64,000 nt of DNA from Felis catus. Lineage: Eukaryota. The notes below the pieces were generated by a model. The model did no database searches and was not told the origin of the DNA. It saw nothing but the letters and a program-made list of their open reading frames with translations. Shown here one piece after another: positions 12,811 to 25,217 of the stretch; the stretch's first letter is position 1, and the number at the start of each line of letters is the position of its first letter. The stretch is taken from positions 27,840,001 through 27,904,000 of the forward strand of contig NC_058368.1 in the NCBI RefSeq assembly GCF_018350175.1, read 5' to 3'. The translations under genes were made by a program, and so were the position numbers.

Positions 12811-13039
12811 ATTCCACCACCTGGGAACTGTGGAATCCACACTTGGAAAGGACCTTAGGTACCCAGTTCATTCCCTATCTGATACATTATGACACATACG
12901 AGTAGGTGTTCTATGGATATTCAAGGGCGCATTTGAGAGGCCCAGCTTATCTGTCTAGTATTTGATCCCTTTCCTTAACAGCACAAAAAGCCCTTAATGT
13001 GCACATTGTTTCCCAGTTGTCAAATAATCCATTCCTTTC

Positions 13040-13600
13040 TCCCTTTCTTTACGTTCTCTTTCCATAAACATTTGTCGACTGTACATTATGTTGTATTGTC
13101 TAGGAAGATAAATAGGACATAGTTCTTGCCCTATAGTTCTTTAAAAATATATGAATTTACTTATTTGTTTATCCAACAAAGATTGACTGCCCCAATGTGT
13201 GCTGGGCACTCTTCCAGGTACTGGAAATAGGATTTTAAATAAAACCACAGCCCTGCCCTCATGAAGCTTATATTAGAGGACAGATAGAGGACTAGCAATA
13301 AACATAATATCTAAATTCTGTAGTCTACTTGGAGGTGTACATGCCGTAAGAGACGTGTCAACAGATGAGTCTGGTGACGGCTCTTGGGGGACAGCGGGTG
13401 CACAGAGGAAAGAGGAGTAAATTCTTCTGAGGTGCTTGAGGACCTGATCAGTGAACTGAATCTTGAAAGATGAATAGTTTTGAAAATAGCTGGTTGCTTT
13501 AGGGGAGGAGCGGAGCTGGCATTCCAGGAAGTAGGAGATATTTGATCAAAGAAGTGTGAATGGAAACAGTAGAATGTGTTAGATGTTAGAAGACGTCTGA
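13040..13600 (-). mobile_element. L2 3'-end fragments
   Basis: ttatttgtttatccaacaaa...tgtgctgggcact...ccctgccctcatgaagcttata is the typical reverse-complement L2 3' end. Confidence 0.75.
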
Positions 13601-14091
13601 GGAATCAGCATCATTTCATTTGATATCGACAAATAGAGGTAGAGATGTTTTTTTCTCCTTTTCCTCTTTCTCCTCCCTCTTTCATCCTCCTGCTCTCTCT
13701 TCTTCTTCTTGTAATGATTAATACTGTTGACTCCTTTGGAGTTTACCATCAGCTAAAATCCTGAATGTTTCCACTCACATTATGCCTGAGCCATATCACC
13801 CTAGTCTTTCTGTGTGGGAATACTTTGTATTCTCAATAATCTTTTATGAGTTTAGGTTGTGTGTATTTTACGTTCTGAAAAAGAGTTGAAGTAACTGAAG
13901 TAATTAGACCAGAGAAGAGAAAACTCCAGAAACGGATAAAAGTTGTCTCCTCACAGTTGAAGATCCATCATGGGGAAGAGAGCTCTATTTTCTCTTTTTG
14001 TGGCTGATCTTACTAATGGGTGGGACTTCAGGGATGTAGAGTTCAACTCCATGCCAAGAAAAGCCTCTGGAAGTTGATTTGAGAAAAGGCC

Positions 14092-14262
14092 AGCTGCATT
14101 TTTCAAAGCTGCATTTGGATCTCCAGGAATCTGTTGGAGAGATGGGGAAGTCTTGGGCAAAATACAGACTCCAGGGCCCCATCATGGACTTTGTGAGTAG
14201 GGGCAGGCATCTGTATTATAATAGGCTCCCAAAGAAATCCTATGCATACTGAGAATTTTAGG
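14092..14262. mobile_element. MER5-like hAT-Charlie MITE
   Basis: aatacagactccagggcccc...ggggcaggcatctgtatt..aataggctcccaaag resembles MER5A/B. Confidence 0.55.
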
Positions 14263-14390
14263 GAAAAGTGTTAATCATCTCTTCTTTGAGAGTCCTTTGC
14301 ATCTTGGGAGCCTTTGTCCCTAGAAGGGGGAGTCAGAGAACATTCATTTTCTTTAAAGTGTGAGGAACCTGATGACTGTGGGTGTCGTCA

Positions 14391-16862
14391 TAGGGTGATC
14401 ATAGTATTTACCACTCAAACCAGAACACTTTTGAGAAGGAAGAAAGTGCTGAAAGTAACCATGTGTTTTTTGAAATATTTATTTAATGACTGATAGTTTC
14501 ATTATGTTGATGAACCCATAAAAGTTATATTCAAGAATTGTTTAAAAATAGTTTTTCCCAAAACGTGTAATAACATAACTGCGCACAGTAAACTTTAATA
14601 CGACTTTATATTGAAAAGTAAACATTAAAAAATATCAGAATCCTTATTCACCTCTTAAATCAGTTCCTTAAAACACATATATCTCTCATACCACGGTACT
14701 GTATTTGTTCTGAAGCAAGTGGGATTTTTTTTCTTATATGATCTTGTTATGTTGAACCAAAAGTTACCTGAATTTTTCTTCAAAATTACATTTTATGGCT
14801 AATAAATTTGAGATGAACCTTCAATTAACCTTTCTGTAGACCATATTGTGTTGGAGACTGTACTTTCTCTAGCATACTAATAGGATCGGAACACATTCTA
14901 AGTGGATGATATTCTCAATTCTAATGCAGTTTCAAGGGTATTCTTACTTCCATTCCTTTCCTCAAAAAGTATTTTTACAAGGCAAAGCTTGTCAAATTAG
15001 TTCTCTATTGTGCCATGTTTATATTTTGCAAAAACTTATTTCTCAGCTTTACCCTAGTCTGGTACAACGGAAAATAGGAAGGAACTCTATAAAAAAATTC
15101 TCTCTACAAACGGAGATATTCCAAAATGTAGTTCTAGAACTGCATATTTAAATCTTACACATCATTTGAGCTGCCGTTATTTAATTTGTTCAGTTCTTCC
15201 CTTGCCCTTGTGGGTACAAATTTTAGCGTCTTGCTGTTTTTAAACCTCCTTACCAATAATCCCAATTTGCTGAAATTCTAGAAAACTGAAGTTTGATCAT
15301 CTGCTCACTGAAAATGTTGATAACAACTTCTCCAAAACGGATTTAGAAGGATATGGCCCAAATCTAGAAGGCTTATTTATAAAGAGTTCAACACCATCAT
15401 AGGACACTTAGATTGATTTACAAATTATTTTCTCAAAGGCTCATATTTTTCTAAAATCCTACTTATGGCAGCCAGCAAAAAGAGAAACACGCATTGCTTG
15501 GTATTCAAAATCAGACTTTTCACAAAAAGTGTGTGGTTCAGTTATTCCAAGTACTATATACGTTATGCTATTTATAAACTCCTCAGCCATTGCTTATTTT
15601 GACAACTTGAGTACCATGTTGCACCACACTTAATTCCAAGCACATTTCTACTCCATCAGTGTTTTTCGCAAAAATGGCGTTTTACCATGGTACTGTGCTC
15701 CATCAAAATTTGTACTTATATCAGTATGCAAGGATAACTTTTATCTGTCGTTTGAACTCTCTAGGAACTGAATTTACAGCAGCAGTGACTCATTTAACGG
15801 AGTTTATCATGGCATCGCACCCTGGTAATGTCAGGTGTTTACTTTCAACAGAATGAAATCCCAAATGCTTTGCTGGTACCATGAATTAAAAAAAAAAAGA
15901 ATTGGGGTGCCTGGGTCGGTTGAGCAAGTGACTTCGGCTCAGGTCATGATCTCACGGTTTGTGAGTTCGAGCCCCCGCGTCGGGCTCTGTGCTGACAGCT
16001 CAGAGCCTGGAGCCTGCTTCGGATTCTGTGTCTCCCTCTCTCTGCCCCTCCCCCACTCATGCTCTGTCTGTCTCTATGTCAGAAATAAATAAACTTTAAG
16101 AAAAAAGGAATCATTATGGAAAATGACTGTTTTCCAGTTTGTAGCTTCTGATTACATTTCTGTAAAAGTGACGTCATTTAATTAACTTGAAGCGCTCTTC
16201 CGCCAGGGGAGCCAGCACATGAACAGCTGTCTTCGCTTTTTCTATGTGCCCAAGAACAATAGAATGAAATTGATACAGTAAGTTGATTAATAAATAGAAT
16301 ACAGAGACATTAATAAATTAATAATAAGTAATTACTAGAATAAAACTGTAGAGCAACGTTTAATTGGTCTAGATGAAAGTCTTGCTTTCCTCATATTTCC
16401 CACAGCTGCACGTGTCAGGTCATTGTGTTCCGGCACAGTCTTTGGGAGCTGACGCCGACACTTGAGCAGATGTGCGTCTTCTGGTTATTGTGGGATCAGC
16501 GATAGCATGTGACTCCTCTAGTAGAGGGTAAGTGTCGATCAACCTTTTGGAATTTGTAGGTTTGTCACGGACTTTCTCATGAATGGAGTATTTGGTTTTC
16601 CATCAAACAGTCCTTCTCCTCTTTTTAACCCGTTAATGCCCAAACGTTCGTTGCCAGTTTTTAAAGTGCCACCGCGTAACCACACAATTTAATAGTTGTA
16701 GATTCATCCTGCATGCCGTTAATGTTAAACCCACTGTAGGAAGAGTATTTGGATTTGTTTCCATATGCTATGTGATGGGACTGCTCAGTGCCCATTACCC
16801 ATGTTTCATATACATCTAGACTAAGATTTCCCTGGTTTTCCACTGCACCCAATGGTGACCTG
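14391..16862 (-). mobile_element. Near-full-length fossil hAT-Blackjack DNA transposon (transposase pseudogene on minus strand)
   Basis: Terminus tagggtgatcatagtatttaccactcaaaccagaacacttttgag matches the MER81/Blackjack end, with a degenerate partner end aatggtgacctg at ~16851-16862. Minus-strand peptides occur in order: IADPTITRRRTSAQVSASAPK, TVPEHNDLTRAAVG, VHVLAPLAEE, DISTNFDGAQYHGK, RNVLGIKCGA, LLAAISRILEKYEPLRK*FVNQSKCP. Confidence 0.85.
15904..16107 (+). mobile_element. CanSINE inserted in the Blackjack element
   Basis: ggggtgcctgggtcggttgagc...aaataaataaactttaagaaaaaa, with a small deletion in the head. Confidence 0.95.
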
Positions 16863-17028
16863 CTGACTTTGGGTATCTCTCACGTTAAGACGGCAGAGGC
16901 AGCTGCACCAAATCTCCTCTCATCATTATCCCAGATGGATGAGAGCTCTTCCCAGCTGCTGGTGTTCTGTCACTTTCTTTGGTAAGTGAGCACCCCACAA
17001 GCCGTCCTGGAAGGGGAGGTGTTACATT

Positions 17029-17425
17029 GGGTTGTGGGTTGAATTATTCAGAAGAAGATGCCGAGAGGAAGTTTGGGGTCTATTTTGGGGATCAAGAGGA
17101 AAGGGGAAGAGCGGGATTGGGTAGAGGAAGATGTCCAGATGTCATACAGGCTTGACAAAGCCTAGGCTAAACTAGCTGGGAACTCTGGAGTAAGGGTAAC
17201 CCCTCGGAGGTGTTCGCGTTCGGCCAAAGAGCTGGACTTACACCCGCTTCTTACTTGGTCACCAGGTGTGGGCTGTCCTGGAAGGTGTGTGAACTTCAAT
17301 GGGGCCACTCTCTGAAGCTGAGGCTGACCCTGAAGAGGCTGACAGAGGCCGTCTGTTCACTGTGCTGCCCACACAGCAAGTTCCACCTTGAAGAAGCATC
17401 TCGACATCAGATAGTCTGCCATACA
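17029..17425 (-). mobile_element. ERVL solo LTR, LTR33-like (copy 1)
   Basis: gggattgggtagaggaag...gggaactctggag...ggtcaccaggtgtgggctgtcctggaaggtgtgtgaac...ctctgaagctgaggctgaccctgaagaggctgacag matches the recalled LTR33 consensus. Confidence 0.7.
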
Positions 17426-17569
17426 TCGTGTCTAGACAAGATTGGAAAAAATGAGATCGGTTACCTCCAGGCATCCTCTGATCTCACCAGAGTAAGAACT
17501 CCGTTCACTACATAAGTGTCTCGTGTGCTACCAGACGTGTAGAAAGCCGAAAGCACCAAGTGGCACCGG

Positions 17570-17965
17570 TCATTGCCGTGAGCTGCTTGGAAAGTCAACT
17601 CTGAGATGGAGATGAGCATCCAGGAGTTTGTTGGGGCATGTTCTTTGGACCACCCACTCTGGGAGGGGAGCGAGGGAGGTGGCCTGGGCAGAAGGAGAAG
17701 CTGGCCTGTGAGGGGGTCCTCAACACAAGCCAACCCAAGCTCCTGTGAGGAGCCTCGAAGCCGGGCCAGGCTTTTCTACCTCTCCGTAAACAAGTCATTG
17801 AACCTGGGCACCCTGGGAAGAGGACGTGGCCGTGCTGAGATGCCACTTTTCGTCTGAAGCAAGTCTGAGGAGGGCTGATGGCTGGGGCTTTCTCCAGAAG
17901 CCCTCTTGGAAGCTTCAGGAATAATCCTGATGGGTCTCTGAGGGGTACCTCACAGCATCCCCACT
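17570..17965 (-). mobile_element. ERVL solo LTR, LTR33-like (copy 2)
   Basis: ctctgagatggagatgagcatccaggagtttgttgggg...ctgggcagaaggagaagctg...aagtcattg..ccctgggaagaggacgtggcc...cctcacagcatcccca, colinear with copy 1. Confidence 0.7.
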
Positions 17966-18329
17966 GGAAGCGGACTGAGCCTGTCCCGGCTAACTTAGGC
18001 CACTGGTACCGTTGCCGCTGCTGCTGCCACCCCTGCTGTTACTTAAAGAATCCTGAACAAATGCTGAAAAGAGGTCACGCCTGAGACAGCAGCTATACAC
18101 GCGGCTGTCCCTGAGCAAATCAGGAGGCAGCCACCCTGTCTGTAGCAGAGTTCAAGGCATGATTTCCAGGAGAAAGGATGACTTCCGTTTACCAGCCTTG
18201 AAAGGTAAGGTGCCGGTTCAGAAATCTTGAATTTGCGCTTGTGTTTCACTTAAATGCAAAAGGATTTAAGTCGATTATTTCATGTTTGTCTAGAGCGTGA
18301 CGGTGCTTTCTTTATTTTGCAGTATTTGC

Positions 18330-18742
18330 TTCCATTTTCAGCAGCCCCCTTTCTGATCCTCGTGTCTACTGCCCTGTCCTGATCACTCAGTAGAACCCGC
18401 CACTGGCCAGGGCTGCGTGGCTGCAGGTTCCAGCATGCCCAGTGCCTGCACTGTTGGCCCCCGCTCTGCCCGTGGCCTTGCTCTCCCTTAGGCTGTGAGC
18501 AGAGCATTTTTTCACAGCTGCCACAAGATGTAGACACTCATCCCCACCGATCCTTTCAAAGAGCCCAGGGACCCCAGGCCGCTCCAAATGAGATGCTTCT
18601 GCCAAAAGAACGCAGTGAGAGTGGCTCTGGCTACCAGAGGGAGGCTGGAGCATTTCCTTTCGTGATGAGCGCAAAGCAGGGTCGAGAGGAGGTTGAAATA
18701 CCTATTGTTAGCTCTCAGTCATTGTCATGGCTGCCACACAGT
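18330..18742 (-). mobile_element. Possible old MaLR LTR (MLT1J/K-like)
   Basis: Ends in ggctgccacaca and shows weak MLT1-like motifs. Very diverged. Confidence 0.3.
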
Positions 18743-19049
18743 GTTGTGGAATCGTGAGGGAGGAGGACAGAGCAGAAGGAGTTTGGGACTCAGATGTCAG
18801 CAGGCGTGGGTCCCAGCCCCTCTCAGCCCCTGATATTCTGGTTCTCCCTGGACGGATAAGGTCTTATTCACCCTACACGCGTTGCCTAGGAAAGTGTCAG
18901 GTTCACGGTGGGCGCTCTTAAGCGTGTGCCTTTGTTTTCAGGGTTTTCCACCCCCGGACACAGCTCGTGTAAAGAAAGAGTAGGTGCGGGAAAAAAAGCT
19001 AAGGAGTTCTGGATTTCCATTCATGATGCACATTCTCTACCCCCACCCA

Positions 19050-19416
19050 AAGCACAATACCTTCCCTTGACATTGCATCTTGCAGCCCGCTGAAAAGATG
19101 TCTCCCAACCTCATACATCTGCCCGAGGGAAATGCTTATTTGGAATTGCTGGACATACATGTGTTCCCCCTCAGAGCACACTTTATGTCCGGGAGAATAG
19201 AGTTCTGTGATTATTCAGACCGAAATACTGCTTCCCCATTCTCTCTTCTTGTTATCCTACTAGATACATGCCTACTAGATACATGCCCAGCCTTTCTTTC
19301 TGTTCTACATGTATTTGTGCTGCATTTTGTGTAATTTCTTCAAATATATTTGGAGTTTACTAATTTTCTCTCGAGCTGGTTCTCATCTACTATAACCTAT
19401 TCATTGAGTTTTTAAA
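19050..19416 (-). mobile_element. Old L1 (ORF1-region) fragment
   Basis: ccccattctctcttc...gtaatttcttcaaat...ttactaattttctctcgagctg..tctcatctactataacctattcattgagttttt. Confidence 0.55.
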
Positions 19417-19633
19417 AATAAATTTTTTTTAATGTTTATTTATTTTTGACACAGAGAGAGACAGAGCATGAACAGGGGAGGGTCAGAGAGAGAGGGAGAC
19501 ACAGAATCAGAAGCAGGCTCCAGGCTCTGAGCTGTCAGCACAGAGCCTGACATGTGGCTCGAACTCACGGACCGCGAGATCATGACCTGAGCCGAAGTCG
19601 GACGCTTAACCGACTGAGTCACCCAGGCGCCCC
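19417..19633 (-). mobile_element. CanSINE
   Basis: Full body. Perfect TSD ttcattgagtttttaaa at 19400-19416 and 19634-19650. Confidence 0.97.
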
Positions 19634-19719
19634 TTCATTGAGTTTTTAAATTATAATAATTATAATAAACACTTTTCTGAAATACAACAGCTTATTAAAA
19701 TAGACTTGTCCCTAATACC

Positions 19720-21150
19720 TTTTATTGTGGTTAAAAAAACACATGCCATGAATTCTATACTCTTAGCAAATTTTTAAGTGCATAGCACTATGTTGTCAGC
19801 TGTATGCACAGTGTTGTACAGAAAATGTCCAAGAACTTTTTCGTCTTGCGTGATTGAGACTCTATAGCCATTGAACAGCAGTTCCTCATTTCTCCCTCTT
19901 CCAATCACTGGCAGCCATCATTCTACTCTGCTTGCATGAGTTTGACTACTTTTGATACTTCCGATAAGTGGAATCATGTGGTATTTGTCCTTCTTTGCCA
20001 GGCTTATCTCACATTATGAGATAATTACGTCCTCAAAGTTGATCCATGCTGTAGCATATGACAGGATTTCTTTCTTTTTAAAAGCTGAATAATACTCCAT
20101 TGTTTGTATGTGCCACATTTTCTTTATCCATTCATCTGTTTATGGACACCAAGGTTGTTTCCATTTCTGGTGAGTAATGCTTTATGAGCATGGAAGTGCA
20201 TGTATCTCTTTGAGATCCTGACTTCAATTCTTTTGGATAAATATCCTGAACTAGGATTGCTGGGTCATACAGTAGTTCTATTTTTAATATTTTGCGGACC
20301 CTCCATACTGTTTTCCGTAGCAGCTGCAGTATTTTATATTCCCTCTAACAGCACGTAGGGGTTCCAGTTTCTTCACATCCTCACCAGTGCTTGTTATTTT
20401 TTGTTGTTTTGTTTTTTGAGAATTGCCATCTTAATAGGCGTGAGGTGCTCTCTCATTGCGGTTTTGACTTGTGCTTCCCTGATGAATCGTGATGTTGAGA
20501 ATCTTTTCATATATATGTTGACCCTCGAAAAAAGCCTATTCAGATACTTTGCCCATTTTTATAATTGGGTTATCGTCTTTTTTGCTAGAGTTGTAGGAGT
20601 TCCTTATGTATTTTGGATATTAACCCCTTATCGTATATATGGTTTGTAAATATTTTCTTCCATTCCATGGGTTGCCTTTTTACTCTGTTGGCGGTTTCCT
20701 TGGCTTGTTTGTGTAGTTTCACTTGTCTGTTTTTCCCTTTGTTGCCTTATCTAAGAAATCATTGCGGATCCCGTGTTACAAAGCTTTCCTCTATGTTTTC
20801 ACCCAGGAGTTTTATAGTTTCAGGTCTTACAGTTAAGTCTAATCCATTTTGAGTTGATTTTTGTGTATGGTGTGGGGTAAGAATCCAACTTTGCTCTTTT
20901 GTATATGGATATCCAGTTTTCCCAGCACCATTGGTTGAAGAGACTCTCCTTCCCCATCATATAGTAGTGACACCCTGTCAAAGATCATTTGGCCATATAT
21001 GTGTGGGTTTATTTCTGGGCTCTTCTGCCCCCTTGGTCTCTATGTCTGTCTGGATGCCAGTACCACTCTGTTTCGATTTCCATAGCTTTGTAATATGTTT
21101 TGAAGTCAGAAAGTATGAGGCCTCTAGCTCTGTTTTGTAGATTGTTCTGG
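19720..21150 (-). mobile_element. L1MA-type 3' fragment (3'UTR plus ORF2 C-terminus)
   Basis: gctgaataatactccattgt...ttctttatccattcatctg...ggattgctgggtcata...gtcagaaagtatgaggcctctagctctgtt. Confidence 0.9.
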
Positions 21151-22050
21151 AATAACTATTTTTTTTAAGGTTTAAAGATAATATGTGTTTTTGTCTTTAA
21201 CTTGTCTCCTTTTTTCCTAGTTCTTGGCTCTTCCGTTTTAGTTTTAGTTCTTATTGTATAATCTTTTTCACATTGTCTTGTCAACTACCCTAGAACATGT
21301 GGTGTTAAATCCAATGGTCGTGTCTGCTATTCTCTTTCCAGTGATTTCATTTCTTGTGTGTTTTGTAATTTTTTGTTGCAAATTCCTTTTAAACTGGGGT
21401 TGTTTTTCCCATGTAAGGGACATACTCCCTTGTGGCTCAATTTTGCATTTACTTTTCTTGGACTTCAGGGGGTCCCTTGTACTAGAGTAGGTTTTGTAAC
21501 ATTCTCTTGGTTTGCATTTATTATATTCTTTGGGCATTATAATTTCTGATACGATGTCTGGTGTGGGGTTTCAATTTCATGGAAGATTTTATTTGTTTTC
21601 TACTTAGATTCCCAGCAATTTGTAAGGTTTTTTCTTTCCCTTTCCTGAGCTGATGGGTAGGGTTTTTCTAAGCCTCTTTCTGAAGAGAAGGAAGTCCTTT
21701 CCAGAACTTTACTCTGTGCAGGATTCTTATTTTTTCAGCTTCCTGCCTCACACTGCCCCCGGGGCATTATCTCCTTTTCTCAGTGCAAAGTAAAGCCTCT
21801 GCCTTTAGCTTCCTGGTGGACTGTGGAGACCCGTGCTCCTGTGGGCTCTTCTTTCATCAGTTGTCAGAATTACCAGTCTGGTTTCGGGTTCTTTTTCCTG
21901 GGTTTCCCTCTTCTCCTTGCTCTCTCCTTTCCTGTTCTCCCCACTTCCCTTCTTCATCTGAGTTGATAATGTATTCTATACAATTGCTCAATGCTTTTAC
22001 ATAGCACTGCTGTGTTTTCAACAGGATCAGTAGTATCTGTTTGTGGTGGT
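21150..22050 (-). mobile_element. Very old L1-like degraded sequence
   Basis: T-rich sequence with short L1-like motifs (ttaaatccaatgg; ctgtgttttcaacaggat). Weak. Confidence 0.35.
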
Positions 22051-22139
22051 AATGGCGATGGAAAGATGCAAATGACTTCAGTTTATGTTGCCCAAGGATC
22101 TTGGGTGATGTTTTGCAAATGAAATAAATCTTGTCTCTC

Positions 22140-22560
22140 TCCAGATTAAAGTCTGCTGATGACTTGCTATTGCATTTAGATAAATAAACTCCAAACTCCC
22201 GATTTTGGCTGAAAATATCCCATAGGAGTCGATTCCTATTTTTCTTTGCAACCAGAGCTCATGGTACATTCCTGCCCCCGCCCCCAAGCCCCGACTCCCC
22301 TTAGTCAAAGCAGCCTTCCTTCTTGCCTTAGTGTCATTGTTCCTTCTACCTGGAATGGCTGGTCCCTGGGTCTTTGCATGGACATCTCCATCTCGACATC
22401 CAGATGGAAGAATTGCCACCTTCCTAAAAAGGTTTTCCTTGTTGCCTGTCAAAAGTAGGCTCTCACTCCCTCCTCTCATTTCCACTTATTTCATAGTCTT
22501 AATGACACTTATCACTTTGTTAATCCATATTAGTTTATGTTTTTTGCTTAGTTACTGTTT
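22140..22560 (+). mobile_element. L2 fragment
   Basis: ataaactccaaactcc...gttccttctacctggaatg...gccaccttcctaaaaaggttttcctt...acacttatcact. Confidence 0.65.
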
Positions 22561-22564
22561 ATTT

Positions 22565-22930
22565 TGGAGGCTGGCTGTCAGGGATTGCTGATGGAGGAGG
22601 AAAGAAATAATCGAGGATGAATCCTGGATCTGGGGCTTGAGCAAGTGAGCAGACTTCTGTAAGAGAAATAGTGTGAAATGGAAATCAAGAGTTCTCTTTT
22701 CATGTTTGTGATTCCTTATATTTGTGATTCCTAGTCTTCATCCCTAATGGACAAATCAAGTGGGAAGTTAGATATAAAAGTCTGGAACTCAAGCAGAAGT
22801 CAGAGATGAAGATAAGCATTTGGGCATCATCAGGATATAGATAATATTTAAAGCCATATGGCTAAATGGTAGTACCCAGGGTAAGAGTGAAGTGTCCTCA
22901 GAAAAGAGAAGGTGGTCCGGTCAAAGCTTC
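22565..22930 (-). mobile_element. L2 fragment
   Basis: gaggatgaatcctggatctggggcttgagcaa...gtctggaactcaagcagaagtcagagatgaagataagcatttgggcatcatcaggatatagataatatttaaagcca. Confidence 0.75.
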
Positions 22931-24394
22931 AAGGTTATACCATTGAACCAATAAATGCAAACGAGGGAGGGTCTTTTGATAAAGAAAGTAAACAGCATGG
23001 TCAAAACTTTGTCTAATTAGCTTAACTCAGAAGTTTGATGCATGGAACCACCAATGATGGCCACTATAGATTTTCAGAGGAGGAGAAATAAACTTCATGG
23101 AGTCCCCGTCCAATGTGACTTAACCTCCTCAAACAAATGTACATAAGGATTTCATGAATATGTTCTTTCACCCTTTTTCATAAGGATTGGTGTCGGCGGG
23201 GGTGGGGGGGGGCGGAATCTGACAGAGATGACACGTGGATATTGTCCAAAACAAAGTTGTGTTAGAAATCTCTGGGCAGCTTCATCTTCGCAGTATCCCC
23301 AAAGGCTACTGAGAATGGACCAGAAGAGCATTTTCTTCCCTCATTTTGGGGAGACTAAGTTACGCATTTGAGCAACTTATTTGTACTTTAGAGGAACAGG
23401 ACGCTGTTGCTGAATTCCTTCAGACAATTTGGTCCAAGGTGGGAATAATGCTCTGATGTTTTGAGATGTGTGATAAGGTTGAAGAATTGTCAACCATAGT
23501 CCTGGTAATAGAATGAACAGTCTCTCTATCTGTTCCGACTTCCTTGAGCTACAGATCACCGTCTCGCTTTTAAATCTAAGTTCCTTACTGCTCTCATTGT
23601 CTTCTGGACTTATTTAGGCTATAAAAGGTTTGCCTAGAGATATGGATGGTTTATGCAGATGGTGTGGTTACCGCTGTGCAATATATCCATGCCTTTGCTT
23701 TACGATTTCAGTCAAAACAAAATTAAAGGCTCATAATCACCCTTGTTCAGGAAGCACTGAGGAATATTTTAAAGTTCACATTTTCATTGATCTTTCATCA
23801 AGAATAGGAATAAAGTTCCAAATGAGATGCATTTTCTATAATGCATGTGGCGCCCTGTCCTGAAATAGCTATTGTTTTTGTCATTGTGATTTGCTGGCCA
23901 GACAGTTGGATATTAAACAATAAAAAATAAGTTTTTGTACGTGACATTTCGCTTTTGGGTAACTAGCAACCTCAACTCCCAGGCATTAAGATTAGTATAT
24001 TCATCTCCACAGGTGTCCAGAAATGAAATGAAAGGTCACCTAAAGCAGTAGACACACTTCATTGCTATTACACCCCAAACTTCCTCCAGTAAAATATTTT
24101 ATTAAAATTAAATGAAAAACCAAAACCTGCACAGTGGTTGTTCAGACAGCTTTAATGGGCTTCAGGAGGGAGTGCACTCCCAACCATTCTGTGGTGGATA
24201 TTTTATTATGTGCAAGAATATTATACTGTTCTTTCCTCATCTTTTTGGCTGTGTGTTGAATCAATTAAATTGCAGCTTATAAATTTCGGCTTAAAATCTC
24301 TGAGAAAATAGCTTTTGTTTCTATTTATAGATGCAGTATGTACTTCCTGAAGATGGTTTCTCTCGTGCTGAATCATTCTCTCCTTTCTCCTCAT

Positions 24395-24840
24395 TTGGTT
24401 GTTCATTTAGCAAATATTCACTTATGTGCTGAGTTACTGTGTGTGTTCTGAAGGTGACAGTTGTGAGCAAGGTAATCAAAGTCCCTAGGCCCTTAGGGAG
24501 TTTATAATTTAGCCAAGTAGACAGGTGTAACACCAAAAACAACGGTAACAGCTATAACTTGTTCTGCTTATTAAATGTTTACTATTTGCCAGATCCTGTT
24601 CTAGGTGAGTTCATGTATTACCTCATTTAGTTATGACAATACAATGTGGGAAGACCTATGAGCTAGGTTCCATTATTATGCCCATTGTATGGAAGAGGAA
24701 GCAGAGACACAGGGAAATGTTAAGTAACTTGCCCAAGGCCACACAGCTCAAAGTGGCACTGACAATACAAGGTGACCAGTGTTGTGATGGGGGTACGTTC
24801 AGAATATTGTGAAAGCCTGGATTAGAGGCTCCTGACCTGA
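24395..24840 (-). mobile_element. L2 3' end interrupted by a MIR (~24545-24758)
   Basis: ttcatttagcaaatattcactt (L2). cccattgtatggaagaggaagcagagacacagg..taagtaacttgcccaaggccacacagct (MIR core). Confidence 0.8.
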
Positions 24841-25217
24841 TGTCTTAGACTTCTTCTTGGGCTGCCATAACTAAAGTACCATAGACTAGGTGGCTTAAAC
24901 AACAGACCTCTATTTTCTCATAGTTCTGGAGTCTGGCAAGTCCAAGATCAAAGTTAGTCTGGGTTCCATTTCCAGCGAGGGCTTTCTTTCTGGCTTGCAG
25001 ACGGCTGCTTTCTCATTGTGTCCTCACACAGCAGAGAGGAAAGAGGTCAGCTCCCTGGCGTCTCATAAAGACACTGGTCCTATAATGAGGGCCCCCTCCT
25101 CATGACCTCATCTAAACCCAGTTACCTCCCAAAGGCTCTATCTCCAAATACAATCACATTGAAGTTTAAGGCTTCAACAGTAGAATTTTGAGGGTGGACA
25201 TAATTTAGTCGACAGCA
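24841..25217 (-). mobile_element. MaLR solo LTR, MLT1A-like
   Basis: tgtcttag..gggctgccataac..agtaccatagactaggtggcttaaacaacag...catgacctcatctaaaccca.ttacctcccaaagg...gca. Confidence 0.9.
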
